Assembly: GCA_963749655.1 (NCBI GenBank)
Contig: CAVVOB010000014.1
Span: forward strand, 32,001 to 96,000
Source: Nitrospirota bacterium
GTDB lineage: Bacteria; Nitrospirota; UBA9217
DNA length: 64,000 nucleotides
Direction of reading: 5' to 3'
The stretch's first letter is position 1. Every line of letters begins with the position of its first letter. A program made the translations under genes and the position numbers. Positions 44,610 through 54,584 of the stretch are shown here, piece by piece. The notes beneath the pieces were generated by a model, which was not told where the DNA came from, did no database searches, and worked only from the letters and a program-made list of their open reading frames with translations.

Positions 44610-45671
44610 ATGCGTTATCGATTATTCGGCAACACCGGTATTTATATATCCGAGCTGACGCTCGGCACCATGACCTTCGGCGGAAAGGGCTACTGGGAGG
44701 CGATCGGACGGCTCACCCCGGCGGAAGCGGAGGCGCTCATCGGCACGGCGCTTGACGCGGGCGTGAATGCAATCGACACGGCGGACGTCTACTCCGAAGG
44801 CGAAGCCGAGAAGCACGTCGGCGCCGCCCTCGCGTCGCTGAACCGTCCGCGCCACCGGATCATCGTCGCGACAAAAGCGCGCGGCAGGACCGGCCCCGGT
44901 CCGAACGACATCGGCCTGTCTCGCGGCCATATCCTATCGGCCGTTGACGCCAGCCTGAAGCGCCTGCGGCTCGACTACATCGATCTGTACCAGATCCACG
45001 GCACGGACCTCGATACGCCGATCGAGGAGACCATGCGCGCCCTGGACGACGTGGTCCGTGCGGGCAAGGTCCGCTACATCGGATACTGCAACCTTCCGGC
45101 CTGGCATGCGATGAAGGCGAATGCCTATGCCGAAGCGCGCGGCCTCACCCGCTTCGTGAGCGCCCAGATGTACTACTCGATAGCGGGCAGGGACATCGAG
45201 CGCGAAGTCGTGCCCTTTGCCGCGGACCAGGGCCTTGCCATTCTTCCCTGGAGCCCGCTCGCAGGCGGCCTGCTCTCGGGCAAGTTCGACCTCGAGAAGC
45301 CGGGGCCCGAGGGCGCCAGGAGAACGTCTTTCGATTTCCCGCCTGTTGACCGAGAGCGGGCGAAGAACGTGCTTGGCGTGATGCGCCCCATTGCCGCGAG
45401 CCTGGGGGTTTCGGTGGCGCGGGTGGCCCTGGCCTGGATGCTGACGCGGCCCTTTGTCACGAGCATCATCATCGGCGCGAAAACAAAGGAGCAGCTCATG
45501 GACAACCTCGCAGCCGGCGATTTGCAGCTTTCCGCGGAGCAGGTGGCCCGCCTCGACGAAGCGGGCGCGCTCCCGAAAGAGTATCCCGGCTGGATGGTAG
45601 AGCGCCAGGACCGCGACCGCAGGCCCGTGGCGGAAGCAAACAAGGAGCCGGCAATCAAGAAGGCGGCGTAA
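44610..45671 (+). CDS. Aldo/keto reductase
   Basis: LGTMTFG, IDTADVYS.G, LDYIDLYQIH, GKVRYIG, WSPLAGG. Confidence 0.93.
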   Translation: MRYRLFGNTGIYISELTLGTMTFGGKGYWEAIGRLTPAEAEALIGTALDAGVNAIDTADVYSEGEAEKHVGAALASLNRPRHRIIVATKARGRTGPGPNDIGLSRGHILSAVDASLKRLRLDYIDLYQIHGTDLDTPIEETMRALDDVVRAGKVRYIGYCNLPAWHAMKANAYAEARGLTRFVSAQMYYSIAGRDIEREVVPFAADQGLAILPWSPLAGGLLSGKFDLEKPGPEGARRTSFDFPPVDRERAKNVLGVMRPIAASLGVSVARVALAWMLTRPFVTSIIIGAKTKEQLMDNLAAGDLQLSAEQVARLDEAGALPKEYPGWMVERQDRDRRPVAEANKEPAIKKAA

Positions 45672-45708
45672 ACTCGGGTCAAGCTCTGATCAAACGAGAG
45701 ACAAATTT

Positions 45709-45794
45709 TCGCGCAGAGACGCCGGGACGCTGAGAGAAAGTGCGCGTGCCTTTCCAGAGCATCTCCCTCCGCGCCTCTGCGTCTCCGCGCGGGA
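45709..45794. repeat. Inverted element of triplicated 8-mers
   Basis: cgcagaga cgccggga cgctgaga ... ctccgcgc ctctgcgt ctccgcgc. Confidence 0.65.
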
Positions 45795-45863
45795 CTAATT
45801 TTAATCCTGCTGCATGTTAATCAATATTGTTCTATCGTTCTGATCCAGGAAGGAGCAGCATCC

Positions 45864-46835
45864 ATGAAAGCCATCAAAATTTCTAAGAACGGCGATGCCG
45901 ACGTTCTGACTTTCACCGACAAGGAACCAAAACCTGTTCCGGGCAGGGGCCAGGCCCTGGTAAAGATCCACACCGCAGGCGTGAACTTTGTCGACATCTA
46001 CCAGAGGCGGGGCATGTACCCCGTAAAACTTCCCTATATCCCCGGCCTGGAGGCTGCGGGTGTGGTCGAGGAGACGGGCGAAGCCGTTGCCGATCTGCAT
46101 CCGGGCGACCGGGTCTCCTATACCGGTCATCTCGGCAGCTACAGCGAGTATACGGCGATCGATGCCGAACGCCTGATCCCGCTGCCCGAGGGAATAACAT
46201 TTTCGCAGGGGGCCGCATTCCCCCTGCAGGCCATGACCGCCCACTACCTGCTCCATGATTTCTATAAACCCGGCTCCGGCGACACGGTCGTGATCCATGC
46301 CGCAGCCGGAGGAGTCGGCCTTCTTCTCGTACAGTGGGCCAAACACCTGGGCGCCGTGGTCATCGGGACCGTGTCCTCGGAGGAAAAAGCCCGTGCGGCC
46401 CGGGCCGCGGGCGCCGATCATGTTGTCCTCTACACGTCCCAGGATTTTGTGAGCGAGACCAAACGCCTGACGCACGGACGGGGCGCGCAGCTCATCCTGG
46501 ACGGCGTAGCGAAGACCACATTCACCGGCGATCTCGAGGCGGCCGCCGTCCGAGGCCATATCGTGGTTTTCGGGTCCGCAAGCGGGCCTGCTGATCCCGT
46601 CCTGCCCAACAGCCTGGGAGCGAAATCGCTGACCATCTCGGGCGGAAGCCTGGGTAATCACATTGCCGCGCGCGAAGACCTGGTCCGCCGGTCCCGTGCC
46701 GTTCTGGGCGGCATCAAGGACGGCTGGCTCAAACTCCACATCGGCCGCGAGTTCCCGCTGTCCGAAGCGAGGGAGGCGCACCGTCTCCTGGAAAATCGCC
46801 AGAGCACGGGCAAGATCATTCTGAAGGTGGTCTAG
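45864..46835 (+). CDS. qor: NADPH:quinone oxidoreductase (zeta-crystallin/Qor family)
   Basis: GVNFVDIYQRRG, PGLEAAG, HAAAGGVG, STGKIIL. Confidence 0.9.
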   Translation: MKAIKISKNGDADVLTFTDKEPKPVPGRGQALVKIHTAGVNFVDIYQRRGMYPVKLPYIPGLEAAGVVEETGEAVADLHPGDRVSYTGHLGSYSEYTAIDAERLIPLPEGITFSQGAAFPLQAMTAHYLLHDFYKPGSGDTVVIHAAAGGVGLLLVQWAKHLGAVVIGTVSSEEKARAARAAGADHVVLYTSQDFVSETKRLTHGRGAQLILDGVAKTTFTGDLEAAAVRGHIVVFGSASGPADPVLPNSLGAKSLTISGGSLGNHIAAREDLVRRSRAVLGGIKDGWLKLHIGREFPLSEAREAHRLLENRQSTGKIILKVV

Positions 46836-46903
46836 GCACAATCGTCCTCTCCACCTATTTCCCGGCATTGCTGTACCATATGATAAAATGAAAAGATTTT
46901 TTA

Positions 46904-47086
46904 CCGCAGAAAACGCAGAGCACGCAGAACACAACTGAGGGGACGACGCTTCGGGCCCTGAATTGGATTGGAAAGGACAAAAAACCATCTCGCGCCAAGA
47001 CGCAAAGACGCAAAAAAAGATTTTGAACCCGGAATCAAGTCTTAAGAACTTCTTGCCTTTCTTGGCGGCTTTGCGCCTTTGCGCGA
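46904..47086. repeat. 9-mer half element (46904-46930) plus a full 8-mer inverted element (46990-47086)
   Basis: ccgcagaaa acgcagagc acgcagaac; cgccaaga cgcaaaga cgcaaaaa ... cttggcgg ctttgcgc ctttgcgc. Confidence 0.7.
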
Positions 47087-47158
47087 AAATAGTTTTCGCT
47101 TCTTCGTTTCGATTCTATTCGAACAATCAGGCTTTCAAGACAGGAGAGGAGAAAAAAC

Positions 47159-47668
47159 GTGACCAATTTCAAAAAGACCGAACCGGAACAGCTCACGGAC
47201 AATCCCTTCAAGCTCATCGGCAAGGACTGGATGCTCATCACCGCAGGCACGACCGATTCGTTCAATACGATGACCGCAAGCTGGGGAGGGCTCGGAGTCC
47301 TGTGGGAAAAGAAAATTGCCGTCTGCTTCATCCGGCCTACACGGTACACCTTTGAATTCATGGAGCGGTCGGGAAGCTACACGCTTTCCTTCTTTGCCGA
47401 ACGCCACCGCAAGGCACTTGCTTACTGCGGCAGCCATTCCGGTCGTGATGAGAACAAGATTGCAAAAGCGGGCCTGACGCCGGTTTCGGACAAGGACGTT
47501 GTGTATTTCAAAGAAGCCAGGCTTGTACTGGTCTGCAGAAAACTGTATTCTCAGGACATCGACCCCAAACGCTTCCTCGATCCGGCGATCGAAAATATGT
47601 ATCCGCAGAAGGATTATCACCGGATGTATGTGGGCGAGATCGTGTCGGTACGGAGCTCGGAGCAATAA
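47159..47668 (+). CDS. Flavin reductase-like (flavoredoxin) protein
   Basis: WMLITAG...NTMTASWGG, FIRPTRYT, CGSHSGRD, YHRMYVGEI. Confidence 0.88.
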   Translation: MTNFKKTEPEQLTDNPFKLIGKDWMLITAGTTDSFNTMTASWGGLGVLWEKKIAVCFIRPTRYTFEFMERSGSYTLSFFAERHRKALAYCGSHSGRDENKIAKAGLTPVSDKDVVYFKEARLVLVCRKLYSQDIDPKRFLDPAIENMYPQKDYHRMYVGEIVSVRSSEQ

Positions 47669-47690
47669 CTGTAATGCAAGCCTGACATCT

Positions 47691-47774
47691 TTTACCACAG
47701 AGAACATCAGGAGAAGGCAAACACCAAAACTTTTTAAATCTTTTCTCTGTGTTCTCTGTGACCTCTGTGGCAAA
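47691..47774. repeat. Inverted element of triplicated 9-mers
   Basis: tttaccacagagaac...ctctgtgtt ctctgtgac ctctgtggcaaa. Confidence 0.65.
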
Positions 47775-47865
47775 GCATTTATGAGTTTTTTCTGGATTCC
47801 CGGTTTAGCCTGCATTACAACTATTCCGCCTTAATTGCGCGAGGAAGACTTGCAGAAAGGCCCTC

Positions 47866-48534
47866 ATGTGCGGACGATTCGAAATCCACAGCGCCATCGA
47901 GATCATCGCCCGGATCTTCCAGATCGACGACATCTCCTTCGATATCAGGCCGAGCTACAATGTCGCGCCGGGCCAGGATGTCGTCACCGTCGTCTTCAAT
48001 GACGGAATAAACCGGCTCATGACCTGCCGGTGGGGATTCGTGCCGCCGTGGTCAAAGGACCTGAAGAGCGGTTACCGGATGATCAATGCCCGTGAGGAGA
48101 ATATCGCCGCGAGTCGCGCGTTCAGGCCGGCCTATGAACGCAGGCGCGGCATCGTCGTCGCCGACGGTTTCTTCGAGTGGAACCGGGAAAAGAAGCCCTT
48201 CTACATCCGGCTGAAGTCCGGGGCCCCCATGGGCTTTGCCGGCCTGTACAGCGTCTGGACCTCGCCCGAGGGAGAGGCTGTCCGCACCTGCGCCGTCATC
48301 ACCACCAATGCCAACGAGCTCGTCGCTCCCCTTCATGACCGTATGCCTGTGATCATGTCGGCGGATAAATACGGCCAATGGCTCGATCCGGACATGCACG
48401 ACCCGGAAAAGCTTCGAAGCCTGCTCAGGCCCTGCCCCGCCAAGGAGATCGAGCTCTACCCCGTGACCTCCCGTGTGAATTCCTTCAAGAACAACGATCC
48501 GGAAAATATCAGGCCGCTGCGGGAAACGGCTTGA
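47866..48534 (+). CDS. SRAP family abasic-site protein (YedK/HMCES-like)
   Basis: N-terminal MCGRF, YNVAP, INAREE, GFFEW, HDRMPV. Confidence 0.93.
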   Translation: MCGRFEIHSAIEIIARIFQIDDISFDIRPSYNVAPGQDVVTVVFNDGINRLMTCRWGFVPPWSKDLKSGYRMINAREENIAASRAFRPAYERRRGIVVADGFFEWNREKKPFYIRLKSGAPMGFAGLYSVWTSPEGEAVRTCAVITTNANELVAPLHDRMPVIMSADKYGQWLDPDMHDPEKLRSLLRPCPAKEIELYPVTSRVNSFKNNDPENIRPLRETA

Positions 48535-48621
48535 GACAACCTCACCACCGCGTTCTCTCCTCGCAAACAGGGTAACGACTGTTGTAGAATGTCAGTGTGA
48601 AGCACATTTATAGGAGGGCAC

Positions 48622-49263
48622 ATGAAAACAATCCTCATTGCAACCGCACTGCTGTCGCTGATCATTGCTGTACCTGCATTCGCTGCTGACGACGCTCTGG
48701 CGACTGATACTCAAAGCCAGGCCGTTGTGATCTTTGAGCAGGGAAGCAGCTTCCTTCTGGACAAGAAGTATGAAGAAGCTAAAAAAGCTTTCCGCGAAGC
48801 GATCGCTCTGGACCCGAACTACGTGGAGGCATACGATAGCCTGGGGAAGATTCTGGTGCAGCAGCAGAAGTACAACGAAGCGGTAAAAGAGTTCTCCAAG
48901 GCCCTCGAGCTTTCGTCCGGTGACTTCACGGCGTACTTTAACCGCGGTGTCGCCTTGTATCACCTGGGGAAGCTGGACGACGCGATCCGTGATTTCACCG
49001 AGGTCATTCGAGTCTACCCGAAGAACCAGGCTGCGTACAATATCCGCGGCATTGCCAAGTTCGAGCAGGGGAAGATCAACGAGGCGATCGAAGACTACAC
49101 GAAGGCCATCCAGCTCAATCCTGGTTACGCCAAGGCATTCAACAACCGGGCGATCGCCTATCTGAAACAGGGCATGAACGCCGAAGCGGCGCGTGATTTC
49201 GCCAAGTCCGGACAGGCCATGCCCGAATCTACGGAAAAACGTCCCAGCCAGTGTGCCTTTTAA
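48622..49263 (+). CDS. Exported TPR-repeat protein
   Basis: Signal peptide; repeated AY.NRG.A....G...EAI.D..KAI.LNP. Confidence 0.9.
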   Translation: MKTILIATALLSLIIAVPAFAADDALATDTQSQAVVIFEQGSSFLLDKKYEEAKKAFREAIALDPNYVEAYDSLGKILVQQQKYNEAVKEFSKALELSSGDFTAYFNRGVALYHLGKLDDAIRDFTEVIRVYPKNQAAYNIRGIAKFEQGKINEAIEDYTKAIQLNPGYAKAFNNRAIAYLKQGMNAEAARDFAKSGQAMPESTEKRPSQCAF

Positions 49264-49497
49264 ATGGAGGACTAGGACCGGCGTTTCGGGCCTGAGGCGC
49301 AGGGCGCTGCGAATTTTCCGCACATTCCCGCATGAAAACGCTCTCCGGTTGCCAAATAGTGCGTTTTGTAAACGAATTGCAAAAAGCTTTGCTATACTAT
49401 AGTCACAGGTTCGCATTCACTGCTGAAAGGCGCACAAAAAAACTGTCCGCAACTTGGATGAGGCGATGATTTCGTCACGAGAGACCGAGGAGGGACT

Positions 49498-49665
49498 ATG
49501 AAACATTTCATGTTTATCGAGGACTTGTTCTCCAAACGGCTTGAACCCGTGCAGGAAGAGACTGATTTTCTCGGGTTTGAGGCTTTTTCGAGGCCGAACG
49601 AGAGGAACGACAGCTCGACGACGACCTCCGCTCCCGACAATAAAGAGATTTCGAAGGCAGCCTGA
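49498..49665 (+). CDS. Small hypothetical protein (55 aa), below the ORF-track cutoff
   Basis: RBS GAGGAGGG; MKHFMFIEDLFSKRLEPVQEETDFLGFEAFSRP...KEISKAA*. Confidence 0.5.
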   Translation: MKHFMFIEDLFSKRLEPVQEETDFLGFEAFSRPNERNDSSTTTSAPDNKEISKAA

Positions 49666-49777
49666 TTTCCCGCTTCTACGGCAGGTTTCTGATCAATCAC
49701 CGCCCAACGTGTTTGCTATTGTTTTTCCTCTCCATTTTCCAAGCCTTTCCCGCAGCCGCAACATCCAAACACAAATT

Positions 49778-50443
49778 TCAGTTGTACTTGAGCCCGACAA
49801 GGTACGTACCGTCTGCCAGCCTGCTTACCCAGCGGACCGCTGCGGCGGGAGAGGCGATGGACAATTTCGTATGCACCCGTATTTGCTGCTCAGTCAGGAG
49901 CGGCATGGCAAGCTTGAGGCACAGTCCGGACCTGCTGCTGTTGACGGCGGTAACATCCATGATCTTGTCGCCCAGAAGGACGAGACAGGGAATTTCCTGA
50001 GAGTAGACATACCGTTCTTCTTTCCGCGGCGCGGCAAGCGGCCGCGACAGGTCCGTTCTTTGTTCGCATTCCGCGATCCATTCCTCGAGATCGTCTCTGT
50101 CCACAGGCTTTTCGAAAAAGGCGCATCCCAGTTCGAGCGCCTTTTGCCTGACCTTTTCCTGCCCTGATATCAACGCTTTATTTTTCATCGGCAGGCTGCA
50201 CCCGTGCCCGCTTTGCGCTCTGAGCAGGTCCAGGCCGTTCATGCGGGGCATTGTGTAATCGGTGATCAGGATGTCGGCGCACGGGTCAAGTCCCGTGGCT
50301 GCTTCCGCGTTCTCGGCATGGATCGGACAGATGACGGGTTCGGAATAAGCGAGCACGTCATATCCTTTCGACAGGAACAGGTCTGAATAGAGGCGCAGCT
50401 GAAGCGCTTCGTCCTCGAAAATAATGGCTCTTCGCTTTCTCAT
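49778..50443 (-). CDS. Response regulator with C-terminal PilZ-like domain
   Basis: IIFEDE, ITDYTMPRMNG, EKP; RKEER and NSSRSGL (RxxxR, D/NxSxxG). Confidence 0.82.
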   Translation of the reverse strand: MRKRRAIIFEDEALQLRLYSDLFLSKGYDVLAYSEPVICPIHAENAEAATGLDPCADILITDYTMPRMNGLDLLRAQSGHGCSLPMKNKALISGQEKVRQKALELGCAFFEKPVDRDDLEEWIAECEQRTDLSRPLAAPRKEERYVYSQEIPCLVLLGDKIMDVTAVNSSRSGLCLKLAMPLLTEQQIRVHTKLSIASPAAAVRWVSRLADGTYLVGLKYN

Positions 50444-50715
50444 AGTTGTTCTCCCGTTCTTTGATCGCGACCGCCGCTTGCAGCACTATTTAAACTATAG
50501 AGCCCGCCTGGATGTCAGTCAAGTGGACACTTTGTTTCTAAAAATTCCAGCGACTATCATGATATTTAAATCCGGCCGCGTCTGCACTTCGCCCCTCTCG
50601 AATACATTCGTTTTGTCGCCTTAATGCGCCTCGGGCACAAAGTATCTCCTTGATTTTACAAACACAATAATGGTAAGATCATCCCAGTCGACGCAATTGC
50701 CTCGGGGGGGGCGAG

Positions 50716-51592
50716 ATGCACAATGACCACGATCGCCGGAAAACCGGCTGCATGCCGGGCCTTATGAACCGCCTCCACGTCCGCGCTCTCGCCATACTCA
50801 TCATCCTCTGCTTCAGCATCCCGCAGGCAGCACCAGCAGCAGAACACCTCACCGCAAGCGGCTGTTCCGTCAGCAATGTAGGATACCTTACAGCGCTCGC
50901 CCAGGAATACGAGCGTCGCACCGGCGTGAAGATCTTCGTCCGGGGGGGCGGCAGCGTCGTGGGAATCGAGGACCTGCGCAGCGGCAAGGTCGACTTCGCC
51001 GCAGCCTGCCGGCCCCGGGGCGCAGGCGACCCGCAGGAGATCGAGTTCGTTCAGGTCGCCTGGGACGCCCTCGTGTTCATCGTCCATACATCAAATCCCG
51101 TCACCAACATTACCCTCGATAACGTCCGGTCGATCTACGCCGGCAGGATCACCGACTGGCGGGAGCTCGGCGGCCCCGCCGCGCCGATCAAAGTCTTCGT
51201 TTCCCGGACGAGGCAGGGTCTTTCGGGCGTTGAAGCGTCCACCAAAGCCCTCGTATTGAAGGGTGAAGATCCCGTCGAGTCGCCGAACATGCTCTTTGCA
51301 GCGTCCTCGGGCATTGTCGAGCAGCTGGTAGAGGAGACCCCTGCCGGTTTTGCGACGACGGGGATCACGCAGCGCACGGAAGCGGAAGGTCGCCATGCTG
51401 AAGGTGAACGGCGTCGCCCCCACGAACAAGGCCATTATCCGCGACCGCTATCCGATGAAGCGGCCGCTTTTCCTGCTGGTCCCGAAAAAGGCAAAGCCGG
51501 AAGTGAAGCGCTTCGTCGATTTCGCCCTGAGCGGCGAAGGCCAGAAATATCTCCGTTCCCTCAATGTCATCTCGCTCCGGGACATTCCATGA
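50716..51592 (+). CDS. PstS-like periplasmic binding protein; frameshift near 51368
   Basis: VRGGGSVVGI, VAWDALVFIVH..NPV, IYAGRITDWRELGG, YPMKRPLFL, FVDFALSGEGQ. Confidence 0.85.
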
Positions 51593-53819
51593 AAGCGTCT
51601 CTCCAGACAAAGGTCTCCGTCTTCGTCACGCTGACCATTCTCTTCATCAGCTCTTTCGGCACCTACCTCTTCACCTCGGCCCACCACCGGAGCAAAGAGC
51701 GTGAATTCACCGTGCGGGGATCGGCGCTCGCGTACGCGCTCTCCAAGGCTGCCGAGGAAGGCCTTATCAAGGAAGACCTCAACCTCATTAAAAAAGCGTC
51801 GTCGGTCATCAAGGCGCCCGACGTCACACGGGCGCAGGTCTATTCGAACATCTGGGATGCCGTGGATGCATTCCCCCTGGTGGAGCTGAAAACGCCGCCG
51901 GCGCCCGAAGCGATCCGGCATTTCCAGAACTCCACCGAGCCCTTCGTCAGGGTGATCGCCCATGGCTATGACTTCTACCAGCCCATCTTTTTCAGGGCCT
52001 TTGACAATTCCGAGCCCACCACCATCGGGTTCGTCCGCATCACCCTGTCGTCGTCCTCTTTCGAGCAGGAGCTGAACAACATCGCCGTCACCAACATCAC
52101 GGCTTCCCTAGCCATGACGCTCTTGGCGATCCTTGCGATCAACCTGCTGATCCGGCGACTCGTGGTCCGGCCCATCATGTCCCTCCATCAATCCGTCGCG
52201 CAGTTCAAGGATGGAAACGCTCCCGGGGAAGAGGCCCTGGTCCCGGAATCGACGCGCGAGCTCCAGGAGCTGGCCGATGCGTTCCGCGCGATGTTCATAT
52301 CGGTCAGGGAAAACGAATCGAAGCTCATCGAATCGGACCGCAGGATCCGGTCGCTCTTTGAACGGGTGGAGCACGCGATCTTCCGGATCGACGAAAACGG
52401 CGCGATCCGTGAATCCAACGGCCGGTTCGGGCAGCATGTTCGGCGGCGTGACCGAGCTGTGCGACATCCTGATCGGCGACATGAGCGCCTCCACTTGCCT
52501 CAAGCGGGCCGCGGAAACGAACCTGCATATCGAGGACAAGGCCATTACGCGGAACGGCGAGGAGATCGTCATCTCGTTCTCCCTGTACGCGGAACGCAAC
52601 GACGCGAAGGAAATCGTCGGCTTTGACGGCTATATCATCGACATCACGGACAAGAAGAGGCTGGAAGAGCGGCTGATGCGCTCGCAGAAGCTCGAAGCGG
52701 TCGGCACCCTTGCCGCCGGCATGGCCCATGACTTCAATAATCTGCTGACGGCGATCCTCGGCTATTCCGGCATCATGCTCAAGGTGACGAAGGAGGACGA
52801 CGCCTTCCACCGGCCCATCACCGTGATCCACGAGGCCGCAAAGCGCGGCGCCGCGCTGGGGAAAAAGATCCTCACCATCACCCGCAAAGAGAAGATGGAA
52901 GCAAAGCCCGTGGACATCAACGACATCGTCCGAAACGCCGTGGACCTGCTTCAGTCGAGCATGCCGAGGAACATCGAGATCGTGATGCGGCTCGACGACG
53001 TCGCTTCCCCGGACGACGGCGGACCCGTCGCAGCTGCACCAGGTCGTCATCAACCTCGCGGTGAACGCGCGCGACGCCATGCCCGACGGCGGGAAGCTGA
53101 CCCTGGAAACGTCGCTCGCCAATCCGGCGAACGGCCTGAGCGGCATCGTCCCTCCCGGAGGTCCGGGCTTCATCAAGTTCTCGGTCTCCGACACCGGTAT
53201 GGGCATCGACACCACGATGCAATCCAAGATCTTCGACCCTTTCTTCACGACCAAGGACGTGGGCAAGGGCACCGGACTGGGCCTGTACATCGTCCATTCC
53301 ATCGTGAGCAACCACGGCGGCTACATCAACGTCTACAGCGAAAGGAAACAGGGGACGCGCTTCAACATCTACCTGCCGATCACGGCGGGCGCTGCCGCTG
53401 AAGCGCAGCCCGAGACCATGGACATCGCGGGCACGGAAACGATCCTCGTGATCGACGACGAGCCTGATGTCAGGGAACTGTGCAAGGACATGCTGACGCC
53501 GCTGGGCTACACGGTCCTGCTCGCGGAATCAGGCAGCGTGGGCATCAACCTCTACCGCGAGAAGCGCAGCGAGATCGCCCTCGTCATCCTGGACATGATC
53601 ATGCCCAGGATGGGTGGGAACGAAGTCTTCCACGCCCTGCGGACGATCAAGCGTGACGCCTGCGTCCTCCTCTACTCCGGCTACAGCCACAGCAATTTCG
53701 CCGGCATCAGCGACCTGATGCAGAGCGGCGCCTCGGGCTTCGTCCAAAAACCCTTCTCCCTCCAGGACCTCGGCGTGGCCGTGCGAAAAGCCATTGCCGG
53801 CCGCCCGGCGGGAGCGTAA
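51589..53819 (+). CDS. Hybrid sensor kinase (TM, HAMP, PAS, HisKA, HATPase, REC); frameshifts near 52430 and 53005
   Basis: QKLEAVGTLAAGMAHDFNNLL, VNARDAMP, FDPFFTTK..GKGTGLGL, LDMIMPRMGG. Confidence 0.9.
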
Positions 53820-53836
53820 GCCCCGGGCAGGATCCC

Positions 53837-54310
53837 ATGGCTCGCAAGGAATTGCAGAGACATTTAACGAAAGACCGGATGGAGCATCAAAATTCTCCCG
53901 ACATGAATTTGGCAGGCCCCTGCGGGTTTTATTGCGGTACCTGCAGACATTACCTCGCACGAGCAAAAGGATTGTTAAAGGAAAAGAATCTCAAGCACGG
54001 CTGTAAAGGCTGCCGAGTACAGGATAAAAACTGCGCATGGATCAAAAGAGACTGCGCATCCGTAAGAAGGAAGCAAATAGAGTTTTGTTTTGAATGCGGA
54101 AATTTCCCCTGTGCCAATCTCAAAAAACTCGACCAACGTCATCGTCACGACGATAACGTAAGCCTTATTGACAATCTGCTGCGGATAAAATTGGTCGGCG
54201 CAAGGCAATGGCTCAAGGAGCAGGAAGACAAATGGAGGTGCTCCCGATGCGGAGGAAGCATATGCATCATAGACAGGGAGTGTTATGATTGCGGAAATAA
54301 GATCGATTAA
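53837..54310 (+). CDS. DUF3795-like Cys-rich protein
   Basis: PCGFYCGTC, CKGCR, FCFECGNFPC, CSRCGG; the true start may be further downstream. Confidence 0.8.
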   Translation: MARKELQRHLTKDRMEHQNSPDMNLAGPCGFYCGTCRHYLARAKGLLKEKNLKHGCKGCRVQDKNCAWIKRDCASVRRKQIEFCFECGNFPCANLKKLDQRHRHDDNVSLIDNLLRIKLVGARQWLKEQEDKWRCSRCGGSICIIDRECYDCGNKID

Positions 54311-54493
54311 AAAAGGGGGCAGTCAGTTACGCTGAGCGCGTAGAGCGTGAACCCCGGCATGGTTGACGAGGGGCCGTACGGCGGCAAAACGCGACCCGAC
54401 CTGCCGGCTGCCGACCCCTATTCCCCCAAAAATACCAGGTTGCAGTCTGATTTGAATTCCCCGCAATACCCTTAAAATACCCCATCAAGGACG

Positions 54494-54522
54494 TTGACAT
54501 TTTCTCAGGCCGCGCCTATATT
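54494..54522 (+). promoter_or_regulatory. Sigma70 promoter
   Basis: TTGACA-N17-TATATT about 60 bp upstream of ATG 54585. Confidence 0.65.
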
Positions 54523-54584
54523 CGACCCGATACCGCAGGTGATTCCTAGACCCTTTGGATAATGTGCAGCACTTCGAGAATAGC

